64,000 nucleotides of DNA. It comes from an uncultured Christensenellaceae bacterium (GTDB taxonomy: Bacteria > Bacillota > Clostridia > Christensenellales > UBA3700). Each line of letters begins with the position of its first letter. Within the stretch, counting starts at the first letter, position 1. Location: assembly GCA_944380295.1 (NCBI GenBank), contig CALWHE010000002.1:121237-185236 (forward strand), written 5' to 3'. Made by a program: the position numbers and the translations under genes. The notes beneath the pieces are model-generated. The model was given only the letters and a program-made list of their open reading frames with translations, did not search any database and was not told where the DNA came from. Shown piece by piece: positions 48,140-56,405 of the stretch.

Positions 48140-48487
48140 CTATATTTTTATGTCTTCCAGCTCTATTCCCGCCACGCCGCAGCGCTCCTGCTCCCGCGCG
48201 GAATAATATTGCTCCATGTCTTCCGCCTTTGCCCCGGCAAGCTCGTCCGGCGCATAGCCGCATTTGCGCAGATCCAAAGAAGCGTAAAGCTGCTTGAAGT
48301 TTGCAAAGACGTGCAGAGCCTTCACGCGCTTTTGCAGCTTTTCTCCGCTCTCCCGGCTTGTGAAAACGATAATGTCGCCCACGGATATACCGCGCCTTTT
48401 TTCATCGTAAAGGCGCAGCTCTATCGTCTTTTCCCCGTCTTTTATCTTTTTGAACGGCTGCGCGTTCAGCCTCATTTCGTGTATCAT
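48140..48487 (-). CDS. ASCH-domain protein
   Basis: 115 aa. PFKKIKDGEKTIELRLYDEKRRGISVGDIIVF...EQYYSAREQERCGVAGIEL matches the ASCH beta-barrel pattern. The start overlaps the stop of the upstream methyltransferase (ATGA at 48484-48487). Confidence 0.7.
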   Translation of the reverse strand: MIHEMRLNAQPFKKIKDGEKTIELRLYDEKRRGISVGDIIVFTSRESGEKLQKRVKALHVFANFKQLYASLDLRKCGYAPDELAGAKAEDMEQYYSAREQERCGVAGIELEDIKI

Positions 48488-49251
48488 ATCTCCCCCGCAT
48501 AGACCGTGGTGTTCAAGCGTTCCGTATATTTGCCGGACACGGCGTATTTTTCAAAGTGCGCTTTGAGCGCCGCCACGTATTCTTCGTATCCCGCCTCGCC
48601 GCGCCTGAGCGCATATGAAGAAGAGAGCCTGCGCCCGATAAACTGTTCTTGCGAATAAGAAAACACGCCGTTTTCAAACTCCGTCCGCGCAAAGCCGCGC
48701 GGGAAAAACTCACGCAGCGCCGAATCGTCACCGTTGAAAACGCCGCCCGAACGCCCTTTGAAATTATGCGCGCAATATTCAAGGTCGAGCGCATAAAGCG
48801 CCTGTTCCGCCGCGTCGCGCTCACGCATGTTCCAGATGAGCGCCACCGCTCCGCCAGGCTTTAAAACGCGCTTGCACGAGGCGTAAAACGCCTTGCCGTC
48901 AAACCAATGGAACGCCTGTGCCGCCGTGACGAGATCCACGCTCTTCTCGGGCAAGGCGATGTTTTCCGCCGGCGACGAAATATGCTCGAACTCGGCAAAG
49001 CCGCCCAACTCATCGATCAGCACGCGCGCCATATCCTCGTTCGGCTCCACGCAAAAGGTCTTGATACCCCTTTTTATCAGCCCCGCGGCAAACTTGCCCG
49101 TGCCCGCGCCCACGTCCGCCGCCACGCCGCCGTGCGGCAGATAATTTTTGCATAAATATTCATAGAGCGCATCAGGATAACCGGGACGGAATTTACCGTA
49201 AACTTCCGCTTTACCGCTGAATTTTTCCGTGTTTTTTATTTGCTCTCCCAT
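48484..49251 (-). CDS. Class I SAM-dependent methyltransferase
   Basis: 255 aa. Motif I VADVGAGTGKFAAGL, post-I FCVEPNEDM, and later VDLVTAAQAFHWF and LKPGGAVALIWN. Confidence 0.85.
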   Translation of the reverse strand: MGEQIKNTEKFSGKAEVYGKFRPGYPDALYEYLCKNYLPHGGVAADVGAGTGKFAAGLIKRGIKTFCVEPNEDMARVLIDELGGFAEFEHISSPAENIALPEKSVDLVTAAQAFHWFDGKAFYASCKRVLKPGGAVALIWNMRERDAAEQALYALDLEYCAHNFKGRSGGVFNGDDSALREFFPRGFARTEFENGVFSYSQEQFIGRRLSSSYALRRGEAGYEEYVAALKAHFEKYAVSGKYTERLNTTVYAGEI

Positions 49252-49340
49252 CTTTTTGCCCTTTTACCTCTCTTTTTTGCGTTTTGTCCGCCTTTTATTT
49301 TATCATACGGAAAAAAATTTTTTCAACCGCGTTTTTCCGG

Positions 49341-49369
49341 TTTACTTGCGCGCGCGCATTTGCTATAAT
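49341..49369 (+). promoter_or_regulatory. Putative promoter giving a leaderless mRNA for the AEC transporter
   Basis: TTTACT - 17 nt (tgcgcgcgcgcatttgc) - TATAAT (49364-49369) - tgcggc - ATG (49376). It has an extended -10 (TGcTATAAT) and no SD. Confidence 0.55.
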
Positions 49370-49375
49370 TGCGGC

Positions 49376-50404
49376 ATGGGCGAATTATACTTGAAAACTT
49401 TGATAATAATGCTGGTGCTTTCCGCTTTTATTGTGCCCGGCTTTATTCTGCGCAAAATAAAAATGCTCTCCGCCGATTCCACCGAATCGCTGAGCGCCAT
49501 CCTGCTCTACGTCTGCCAGCCGATGCTGATCATCAACTCCCTCTGCGTGTTCGACCAAGAGCAATGGGCGGTGATAAGCTCCATGTCCAAAGTGAGCCTG
49601 CTGTGCGATTTTGCCATTGTCATGGCGGTTTCCACCGTGGCGTTTTTGCTGCTTTTCGGCATTTGCAAACTTATCTTCATCAAGTATCGAAACAAGACCG
49701 CGGCGGGCATTTATTCCTTTATCACCCTCTTTTCCAACTGCGGCTTTATCGGCGTGCCCTTCATAGAAATGTTCTCCGACCACGATCCGCTCGCCTCCGT
49801 TTACGTGATGGTGTTCAACATCGTGTTCTGCGTGTTCAGCTGGACGCTGGGCGTATACTTCATCACGGGCGACAGAAAAGAAATATCCTTCAAAAAAGTC
49901 ATTCTCAACCCCACGATAGTGGCAAGCGTCATCGCGCTGCTCCTCTTTTTCGTGCCCGAGATCAACTTTTTCATGTTTGAAGAAGTGGCGGAATTGCAGG
50001 TCTTCCCCAAATACCTGGCATACACCACCACGCCGATATCCATGCTGATAGTGGGCATCCGCATTGCCGATATGAGCGCGCGCGATATCTTTGCCAAACC
50101 CCCGGCATACTTTGCCGGCGCGCTGAGGCTGCTGCTCGCGCCCGCGATCACGCTGTGCGCGGCGCTGATGTTCTTTGCCATAGTCAAGGCGATAGACCCC
50201 GCCGCCGTGGAACGCGATTACGCCTTCCTCGCGCCCGTGATCTCCATGGCAATGTCCCCCGCCGCCTCCGTGGTGGCGATGAGCACGCGCTTCAAGGGCG
50301 ATACGGCGCTTGCCGCCACCACCTTTGTGACCGCAACGCTTGTCAGCATCATCGTGATCCCGCTCACCGCCTCCGCGGCGATGAGCATTTGGGGCATGCT
50401 GTGA
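49376..50404 (+). CDS. Auxin-efflux-carrier (AEC) family permease
   Basis: ORF 49229..50404. I prefer the start at MGELYLKTLIIMLVLSAFIVPGFILRK (49376). It is polytopic, with FSNCGFIGVPFIEMF and a C-terminal half typical of AEC/membrane transport family proteins. Confidence 0.8.
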   Translation: MGELYLKTLIIMLVLSAFIVPGFILRKIKMLSADSTESLSAILLYVCQPMLIINSLCVFDQEQWAVISSMSKVSLLCDFAIVMAVSTVAFLLLFGICKLIFIKYRNKTAAGIYSFITLFSNCGFIGVPFIEMFSDHDPLASVYVMVFNIVFCVFSWTLGVYFITGDRKEISFKKVILNPTIVASVIALLLFFVPEINFFMFEEVAELQVFPKYLAYTTTPISMLIVGIRIADMSARDIFAKPPAYFAGALRLLLAPAITLCAALMFFAIVKAIDPAAVERDYAFLAPVISMAMSPAASVVAMSTRFKGDTALAATTFVTATLVSIIVIPLTASAAMSIWGML

Positions 50405-50407
50405 AAA

Positions 50408-50431
50408 GCGCGGCGCTCAAAAGCGTCGCGC
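50408..50431 (-). terminator. Terminator-like hairpin after the acidic-repeat protein gene
   Basis: gcgcggcgct-caaa-agcgtcgcgc (10-bp stem with 1 mismatch). On the minus strand it is followed by ttttcac. It sits between convergent genes. Confidence 0.5.
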
Positions 50432-50465
50432 TCCGGTCACTCATGTCGCACTACCTTCTGCGGAT

Positions 50466-51656
50466 CTAGTCGCTGTCGCCAAATTGCCATCCCGTATATA
50501 TTATTATGCGCGCCAATTTTTCCGCAGGCGGCAGGCTCTCAAGATGAGAAGAAGCGTCCTCGTCATGTTCGCCTTCGTCAAAGCCGTGCACCTCATAGAA
50601 AATCAATTCGTTTTTTTCGTTGAACCCCATCACGTGTGAGAACATTTCTTTTTTCAATTTGCCGGATATGGTGCACGAATAACCCATAAGGTTTGCCCAA
50701 TACTCGCTTGAACTGTCGTCGTATTTGTAAAATACGAATTTAAGGGAATCTATCCCGCTGCCCTTCTCCGTATAATACGTCAACATTCCTCCGGGAAGTT
50801 TTTCCCCCTTCTGCATGTGCGCGACATAACGCGGCTGTTCCTTGCAGGGCGTTTGCAGCAGCTTTTCCAAATCTATGGTGGCAGTATTCGATCTCTCCTC
50901 TGTCCAGTATTTGTCCTTACGCAAAACAAATTTTATCCGCCTTTTCGCAAACACGCTCTTTTGGATGGGCAGAGAAACAGAAAACGGATAACCGTTGAAA
51001 AAGATCCCATCCCTAACTTCCAACAAACAAAAGCAGTTCCCACGCACCTGCTTACTGAATTCTTCTACATGCAAAAGATCTCCGTCCAAGTCGTATATAC
51101 GTGCTTCCATCCTGAAAGTCTTGATCGCGCCGGAAGCGATGTATTGTCCGACCACCTTCAATTCATCCTCATTATTCCAATAAGCATAGAATTTCATATC
51201 GTCTATGCCAACGCGTTTTTCGGCTTTTCTGTCGCGGATAATAAAGTCCGCGGGTATACGGGTGCTGTATTTTTTGTCGGCATAATCTTCGCATTCTTCT
51301 TCGTCGCAATATTCTTCGTCTTCGTATTCGTCGTCATCTTCGTATTCGTCATCGTCTTCGTATTCGTCATCGTCTTCGTATTCGTCATCGTCTTCGTATT
51401 CGTCATCGTCTTCGTATTCGTCATCGTCTTCGTATTCGTCGTCATACTCTTCGTCTTCTTCGTCCTCATCGAGCGCGTCGTAATATTCCCGCCTCTTCCT
51501 CTCATGATAAGAGGAATAACCGGGCACGCTGCTCTCCGTTACGGCGTCCATATCGTCGCGTATCATGGCGTCCGTAATATCCACGCCGCCGTCAAAATTC
51601 ATATCTTTTGCGCCAAAGATGCTCTCCCATATATTAAAATCATCATCTCCGAACAT
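50466..51656 (-). CDS. Hypothetical protein with N-terminal EF-hand/dockerin-like loop and a (DDDEYE)n acidic tract
   Basis: 396 aa. DMNFDGGVDITDAM resembles a DxNxDGxxDxxD Ca-binding loop. The acidic low-complexity region DEDEEDEEYDDEYEDDDEYEDDDEYE... is followed by a ~260-aa domain with no motif I recognise. Confidence 0.6.
   Translation of the reverse strand: MFGDDDFNIWESIFGAKDMNFDGGVDITDAMIRDDMDAVTESSVPGYSSYHERKRREYYDALDEDEEDEEYDDEYEDDDEYEDDDEYEDDDEYEDDDEYEDDDEYEDDDEYEDEEYCDEEECEDYADKKYSTRIPADFIIRDRKAEKRVGIDDMKFYAYWNNEDELKVVGQYIASGAIKTFRMEARIYDLDGDLLHVEEFSKQVRGNCFCLLEVRDGIFFNGYPFSVSLPIQKSVFAKRRIKFVLRKDKYWTEERSNTATIDLEKLLQTPCKEQPRYVAHMQKGEKLPGGMLTYYTEKGSGIDSLKFVFYKYDDSSSEYWANLMGYSCTISGKLKKEMFSHVMGFNEKNELIFYEVHGFDEGEHDEDASSHLESLPPAEKLARIIIYTGWQFGDSD
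51343..51432. repeat. Perfect 18-bp tandem repeat x5 (tattcgtcatcgtcttcg), with imperfect copies on both sides
   Basis: Counted directly: units start at 51343, 51361, 51379, 51397 and 51415. The repeat is in-frame and encodes DDDEYE on the minus strand. Confidence 0.95.
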
Positions 51657-51743
51657 ATCCGATTTCCTTGACTTGTTTTTCTACATGATAACCGCTTTAT
51701 TTTGCAATTGTCTGTCATATTAAAAAAATTTTTACTCAATTTT

Positions 51744-52271
51744 TCACAATTCCGCCAGTGAAGCTATCACCAGCCGCTGCCTGGCGTCGTCATACAGCGT
51801 GCGCCAATAATCCTGTCCCGCCGCCGTTGTGCCCAATTCCGTCCAAACGCCGAGTTCCGTAGCCCGCGGCGCAGCCACATAACGCGTGCCGCCGTCCGGA
51901 TTGTCCATGACCTTGGCTTTGAGCAATTCCGCCATCTGCTTGAAAGTGGGGGCTTTGCAGTCCGTGAACGCCTGCCTGATGTTGCGCAAAATTACGGACA
52001 GCGCCACCGGGCGCGGTTCTATACTGACGGCGCTCGCCTTTTCCGCGTCGTAGACAAACGTCTTGCCCTTGCTTTTTTGCGACAATTTGCTCAAACCGCC
52101 CTTGGCAATGAGCTGTTCGAGCACGTCGCTCACATAAAACAAGCACCTGCTTATGCGCACGTTGTTGAGCACGCTGTCTTCTTCTATGCCGCTGCTGCCG
52201 ATCGGATCTATGCCGTTTGCCAATTTGCGGATGATGTCCTGCGCCCGTTTGAGTTTTTCTTGTTCTTCCAT
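51744..52271 (-). CDS. Hypothetical protein (175 aa)
   Basis: The ORF starts 9 nt after the stop of the upstream peptidase-like gene on the same strand. I recognise no family; the composition looks like a soluble protein. Confidence 0.5.
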   Translation of the reverse strand: MEEQEKLKRAQDIIRKLANGIDPIGSSGIEEDSVLNNVRISRCLFYVSDVLEQLIAKGGLSKLSQKSKGKTFVYDAEKASAVSIEPRPVALSVILRNIRQAFTDCKAPTFKQMAELLKAKVMDNPDGGTRYVAAPRATELGVWTELGTTAAGQDYWRTLYDDARQRLVIASLAEL

Positions 52272-52280
52272 TTCTCCATC

Positions 52281-53711
52281 CTATTTTAATTTGCCCAAGC
52301 CCAAAGAATAAGGCTGCGATTTGCCTATCTGCTTTTTACTCTTTGCGTCCAAAAGCATTATGCACCGCGCAAAGGTGTGCAGCTGCTGATACATCAGCTC
52401 AAGATCGAATTTGTCCATGTGCGCGTTGCCCGTAGGATCCACAGAGCACAGATAATCGGGCGCGGTGACCAGCGCTATCTCCGGTATGCCCTTTTTGGAA
52501 AGCGGCTGCCCTTCTCCGAAGTGCATGGTGTTGTGCCCGCGCAAAGTCATGGTGCGCAAAAGCGTGCGCTCCGCCGCCGCCTCATAATACAATTTGTCCA
52601 GATTTTTATTGCCGGTATAGACAAGCTCCGTATCCACGGCGTTCGTCTGCATATAAACGCCGTTTTTATCTTTCCACTCCGTGCAGCCCAAATGCTCCAC
52701 CGCACAGCCCGCCACCGCCTTATACTTTTCTCCGTTCCACAGCGCCTTGTTGTCTTTGAGCCACCTGCCCGTGGCTTGGTTGGACGGCAGCAGCCCCACG
52801 CGGAAAACGGGCAGCCGGAAATGCCCGGTGACAAAGGTAAAAATAAGCGTGCGCCTGCACGGGTGCGCCTTGAAATACCGCGCCAACTCCAACATGCCCA
52901 CGCCGCCGTTTTCCTCGCAAAAATTGCAGCCGTCCGTGTGCGTGTTGACGATCACGGCTTCTTTGCCGCTCTTGTCCGTGCCCTCTATCACCGCGTAAAA
53001 AGAACAGGTCTGCGCCGGCTCCAAACTGCCCGTGAGCGTGAGGGTGGCGCGCTTTTTCGCCTTTGCCGCGGCAATGACTTTTTTGCCCTGCGTTTCATTC
53101 ACCCACAGCACGGGCACACCCAAATAGTCCAAAATAAAATTGAGGCATTGCCCCTCCGCCATCTTGTCCGACATGCCTTCCCACACGCATATCACGCCCT
53201 TGACCCCGGACGTTTTGAGCGAGGGAAAGGTTAGCAGCGTTTTCACGAACGCCGTGCTCACCGGACCGCGGTAACTCTTCTCCACTTCCAAACCCTGCGG
53301 AAGTGAAGCGCGCTTATTGAACGCAATGCGGCTGCTGATGTGTTCGAGATTTTTTATGCGCACCACCGCTATCTTGCCGCGCGCCGCCGCAAACGAGAGA
53401 GGCGAATTGCCAGTCAGTCTGAGCTGCGCCGTGACGCCCTCTTCCCCGGTAAGTCCGCTGTAATGGAAGGGAGAGGACACGGGTATGCTTTCTCCTTCTA
53501 TGTCCAAAGCGCAGCGCTTTGCCTCCCATTTTTCAAAGTCGTATGTCTTGCTCTTCACTTCCAGTCCCATAGCGCGCAGCTGCTCTTGCAGCCACAGACA
53601 AAACGCGTTATGCCCTTTTGTGCCCGTGAGCCTGTTGCCGAATGCGTTCATGGCGTCCATGTTTTCAAGCACTCTTTCCCGCGAGGTGACTTCGTCCAAA
53701 AAGTATTCCAT
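52281..53711 (-). CDS. M28-like metallopeptidase-fold protein with PA-like insert (tentative)
   Basis: ORF 52281..53756. I prefer the start at MEYFLDEV (ATG 53711) with AAGGAG 6 nt upstream. VIVNTHTDG and FCEENGGVGMLELARYF resemble the M28 H-x-D and E-E metal/catalytic motifs. Assignment is by motif only. Confidence 0.5.
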   Translation of the reverse strand: MEYFLDEVTSRERVLENMDAMNAFGNRLTGTKGHNAFCLWLQEQLRAMGLEVKSKTYDFEKWEAKRCALDIEGESIPVSSPFHYSGLTGEEGVTAQLRLTGNSPLSFAAARGKIAVVRIKNLEHISSRIAFNKRASLPQGLEVEKSYRGPVSTAFVKTLLTFPSLKTSGVKGVICVWEGMSDKMAEGQCLNFILDYLGVPVLWVNETQGKKVIAAAKAKKRATLTLTGSLEPAQTCSFYAVIEGTDKSGKEAVIVNTHTDGCNFCEENGGVGMLELARYFKAHPCRRTLIFTFVTGHFRLPVFRVGLLPSNQATGRWLKDNKALWNGEKYKAVAGCAVEHLGCTEWKDKNGVYMQTNAVDTELVYTGNKNLDKLYYEAAAERTLLRTMTLRGHNTMHFGEGQPLSKKGIPEIALVTAPDYLCSVDPTGNAHMDKFDLELMYQQLHTFARCIMLLDAKSKKQIGKSQPYSLGLGKLK

Positions 53712-53908
53712 TTTCCGCTCCTTATCCTTTTTGCCTTGATTAAATTTTACGCCCAAACGTCGGCGATGTCAATACCGCTTTTTCACCCCCGCCTTCATTT
53801 TTTATAAAAACGCGTCGCGCCGCGCGCTATATATTGTCATTTATTTACACAGATGTTATAATATTAGCAAATGTTGTGCCGCAAAACCGCGGCACGGGGT
53901 GGAATTTT

Positions 53909-55906
53909 ATGAAAGAGAAATTACAAAACGCTTTACTCGTAGTGCGCCGCTATTGGCAAAAACCGCCGAAAGGTCAGGAAGTGGCTTACAAGGAAATCGC
54001 CGCTTTCAGCGTGGGCACCATGGGTCTTAAAGGTTACGGCAATCTGATGACCAAATATATTCAGATGACCGCCACCTGCCTGCTCACCGGCACGGTCTAC
54101 GGACTCAGCCCGCGCGACCTGATGTATCTGTTCATCATCACCAACGTCATAGGCGTTATCAAAACGCCGTTCATAAGCATGCTGGTGGATAACACCAACA
54201 CGCCGATAGGCAAGTTCAGACCTTACATAATTTGGGCGGGTATCCCCACGGTGATAGCCATCATCGGTCTGACTTGGCTGATACCGTGCGAGCAAACAAC
54301 GGTCCCGTTCAACACGGCAAAAATGCTGGAAAACGGCATGTCGCCGGAAAGTTTGCGCATCTTGAAAATCGTGCTGATCGGCGTGTTTTACAATCTGCTG
54401 AGCATTGCCCAGCCCCTCACCGGCAACGCGCAGGTGGGACTTACGCAGGTCATCAGCTCCAACTCCGCGGAACGCTCCAAGATCTTGGGCTTTTCCGAGG
54501 TCCTGGGCAATCTCGGTCCCAGCATCATACAATTTTTGCTCCCCACTTTGGGCGGCTTGATCTTCGGCAAAGACGCCATGACCAACATCTGGAATTACCG
54601 CATTCTGATGCCGATATTCGCCCTGGCTTCCTTCTTTATGAGCTTTATCGCGCTATACTATACCCAGGAGCGCGCCGTGATCCCCAAAATGCACGTCAAC
54701 AAGATCAAATTCCTCGACGGTATGAAGATCCTCTCCAAAAACCGGGAGTTTTGGGCGATCACCGTCACCAGGTTCTTCGACAGCTTCAAAACCTCGCTGG
54801 TCGCCCTGCTGCCCTGGGTCTGCACTTACCAGCTGCGCAACAGCAGCTTCCAAGGCATAGCGGAAACCATCGTATCGATAGGCTTCACGCCGGGCATGAT
54901 CTTGGCGCCCCTGCTCATTTATAAGTTGGGCACGCGCAAATCGGGTCTTACCTTCTGCCTGGCAAACTGCATCGCCGCCGCCATAATGTTCTTTTCCTTC
55001 AAAAGCGGCTTTGTGTTTTTTGTCATCTCGCTGTTCATCTTCAACTTTACGGACGGACCTCAATATATCATTCAATCCACCGTCATGTCCGACTGCCTTG
55101 ACGCACAGCAGGACAAAACCGGCGTGCGCATAGAAGGCTTTGCGCAAAATTTCCAAGCCATGGTCACCACGATAGGCACCATTCTCTCCACCGTCTTGTT
55201 CACGTTTGTCTACGAACACTTCGGACTGGTGGCGGATCCCGATACGGGCGTGACGGATTATTCGATCCTCTATAACGACGACGTGCGCGAACCCATCATC
55301 TCCGTGATCATACTCATCGCCATCGGCGCCAGCCTGCTTGCGGCGCTGCCTTATCTGTTCGTCAGACTGGACCGCAAAACCATGGTGTCCATCCGCGCCT
55401 CGCTGCAACGCAAAAAGGTCATCACCGACCTTGCGCTCACAGACGCTCCCATAGAAGAGCAAGACGCGGCTTACGAGGCATATTTGGCGGATAAAGAAAA
55501 AGCGGACGCGGCGGCTGCGGCAAAAGCCGCGGAAGAGAAAGCCGCTTTGCAGCAAAAACAACTTGAAGAACGAAAATTGCAAGCCGCCTTCAAACACGAA
55601 TTGTTATTGGCGGAAGACAATATCGCCGCGCGCGGCGGCAGCCGCGGAGACGCGCGCCGCGCAGCAAACGCCATCAAGAAAAAACGCCAAGCGGCAAAAC
55701 GCGCCGTCACAAAAGCGGCGTTCGATAAATTGCGTGCAGACAGCAAGGCGCTCAACGCGCGCAAAAAGCAATTCTGCAAAGATTGGATAGCCGCCGCCAA
55801 AGCGGAAGGCAAAAAGCGCTGGCTGCGCGTTTTGGCAAGAGAAGCCTTCTCCCGCCAGCTCGCCAAAGAAGCCAACGAATCCCCGGAAGAACCGGTCACG
55901 GCATGA
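53909..55906 (+). CDS. GPH/MFS-family transporter with ~175-aa Ala/Lys-rich C-terminal extension
   Basis: ORF 53834..55906. I prefer the start at MKEKLQNALLVVRRYW (53909) after ggggtgg. It is a polytopic membrane protein. The N-terminal KEIAAFSVGTMG and PRDLMYLF segments resemble glycoside-pentoside-hexuronide carriers. The tail is rich in A, K, E and R. Confidence 0.7.
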   Translation: MKEKLQNALLVVRRYWQKPPKGQEVAYKEIAAFSVGTMGLKGYGNLMTKYIQMTATCLLTGTVYGLSPRDLMYLFIITNVIGVIKTPFISMLVDNTNTPIGKFRPYIIWAGIPTVIAIIGLTWLIPCEQTTVPFNTAKMLENGMSPESLRILKIVLIGVFYNLLSIAQPLTGNAQVGLTQVISSNSAERSKILGFSEVLGNLGPSIIQFLLPTLGGLIFGKDAMTNIWNYRILMPIFALASFFMSFIALYYTQERAVIPKMHVNKIKFLDGMKILSKNREFWAITVTRFFDSFKTSLVALLPWVCTYQLRNSSFQGIAETIVSIGFTPGMILAPLLIYKLGTRKSGLTFCLANCIAAAIMFFSFKSGFVFFVISLFIFNFTDGPQYIIQSTVMSDCLDAQQDKTGVRIEGFAQNFQAMVTTIGTILSTVLFTFVYEHFGLVADPDTGVTDYSILYNDDVREPIISVIILIAIGASLLAALPYLFVRLDRKTMVSIRASLQRKKVITDLALTDAPIEEQDAAYEAYLADKEKADAAAAAKAAEEKAALQQKQLEERKLQAAFKHELLLAEDNIAARGGSRGDARRAANAIKKKRQAAKRAVTKAAFDKLRADSKALNARKKQFCKDWIAAAKAEGKKRWLRVLAREAFSRQLAKEANESPEEPVTA

Positions 55907-55913
55907 CCAAAAC

Positions 55914-55941
55914 GCATCTCCCCGGCAAAAGCCGGGGAGAT
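55914..55941. terminator. 12-bp perfect hairpin just after the GPH transporter stop
   Basis: catctccccggc-aaaa-gccggggagatg. The U-tract is weak on the plus strand. On the minus strand it is followed by cgttttgg. Confidence 0.6.
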
Positions 55942-56134
55942 GTAAAATATGCAAATTTATATGTGCTAAACAATTTGTGATGTTAGCTTGTTCTTTCATC
56001 TTTTCCTCCGATTGGGGTTATTTCATGGTTGCCAGACCGTTTAATATCTTAACCCAATCGGAGATTTTTTGTCTACTTCATCGGCTGAGCCTCTTTGAAC
56101 TCCCACGACTATCGCGGGGTTTTCGTTGACACAC

Positions 56135-56179
56135 AAAAACAAGCCGAGCATAACACTCTGCTTGTTTTTGTGGTGGAGA
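56135..56179. repeat. Left 45-bp direct repeat (att-like) of the island; contains a 9-nt copy of the tRNA-Ala 3' end
   Basis: aaaaacaagccgagcataacactctgcttgtttttgtggtggaga is identical to 62509-62553. Confidence 0.95.
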
Positions 56180-56405
56180 AATAGCAATGTAAAACGAATA
56201 ACTATTAGTTTGGATTGAAACTCTGATTTGTCTTCAGTCTTAAAGCCTTTTCAAACGCTTGAAATGTGCTACCATTCTAATTCTTATCTAATGCTACGAT
56301 CTTTGCATAAAGTGTTTTTATGGAATTCTATCGGAACAACAACACCACTTTTGTGAATATACGCTACAATCCAATTCGAAAAATCTTCCTTATCTATCAA
56401 CATAA

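Noticed and set aside
55604-55999. Minus-strand ORF (131 aa, MKEQANITNCLAHINLH...) with a good GGAGGA SD and a preceding hairpin (56008-56060)
   Set aside because: After about 20 codons it runs straight through the 12-bp terminator hairpin. It then continues antisense to the GC-rich tail of the GPH transporter, where the absence of stops is a shadow effect. It could be the remnant N-terminus of a gene disrupted near the island junction, but it cannot be supported as a CDS.
56284-56403. 39-aa ORF (MLIDKEDFSNWIVAYIHKSG...) starting 2 nt after the GmrSD-like stop
   Set aside because: It is too short, lacks motifs and is close to the island edge. It is more likely a gene remnant than a functional partner.
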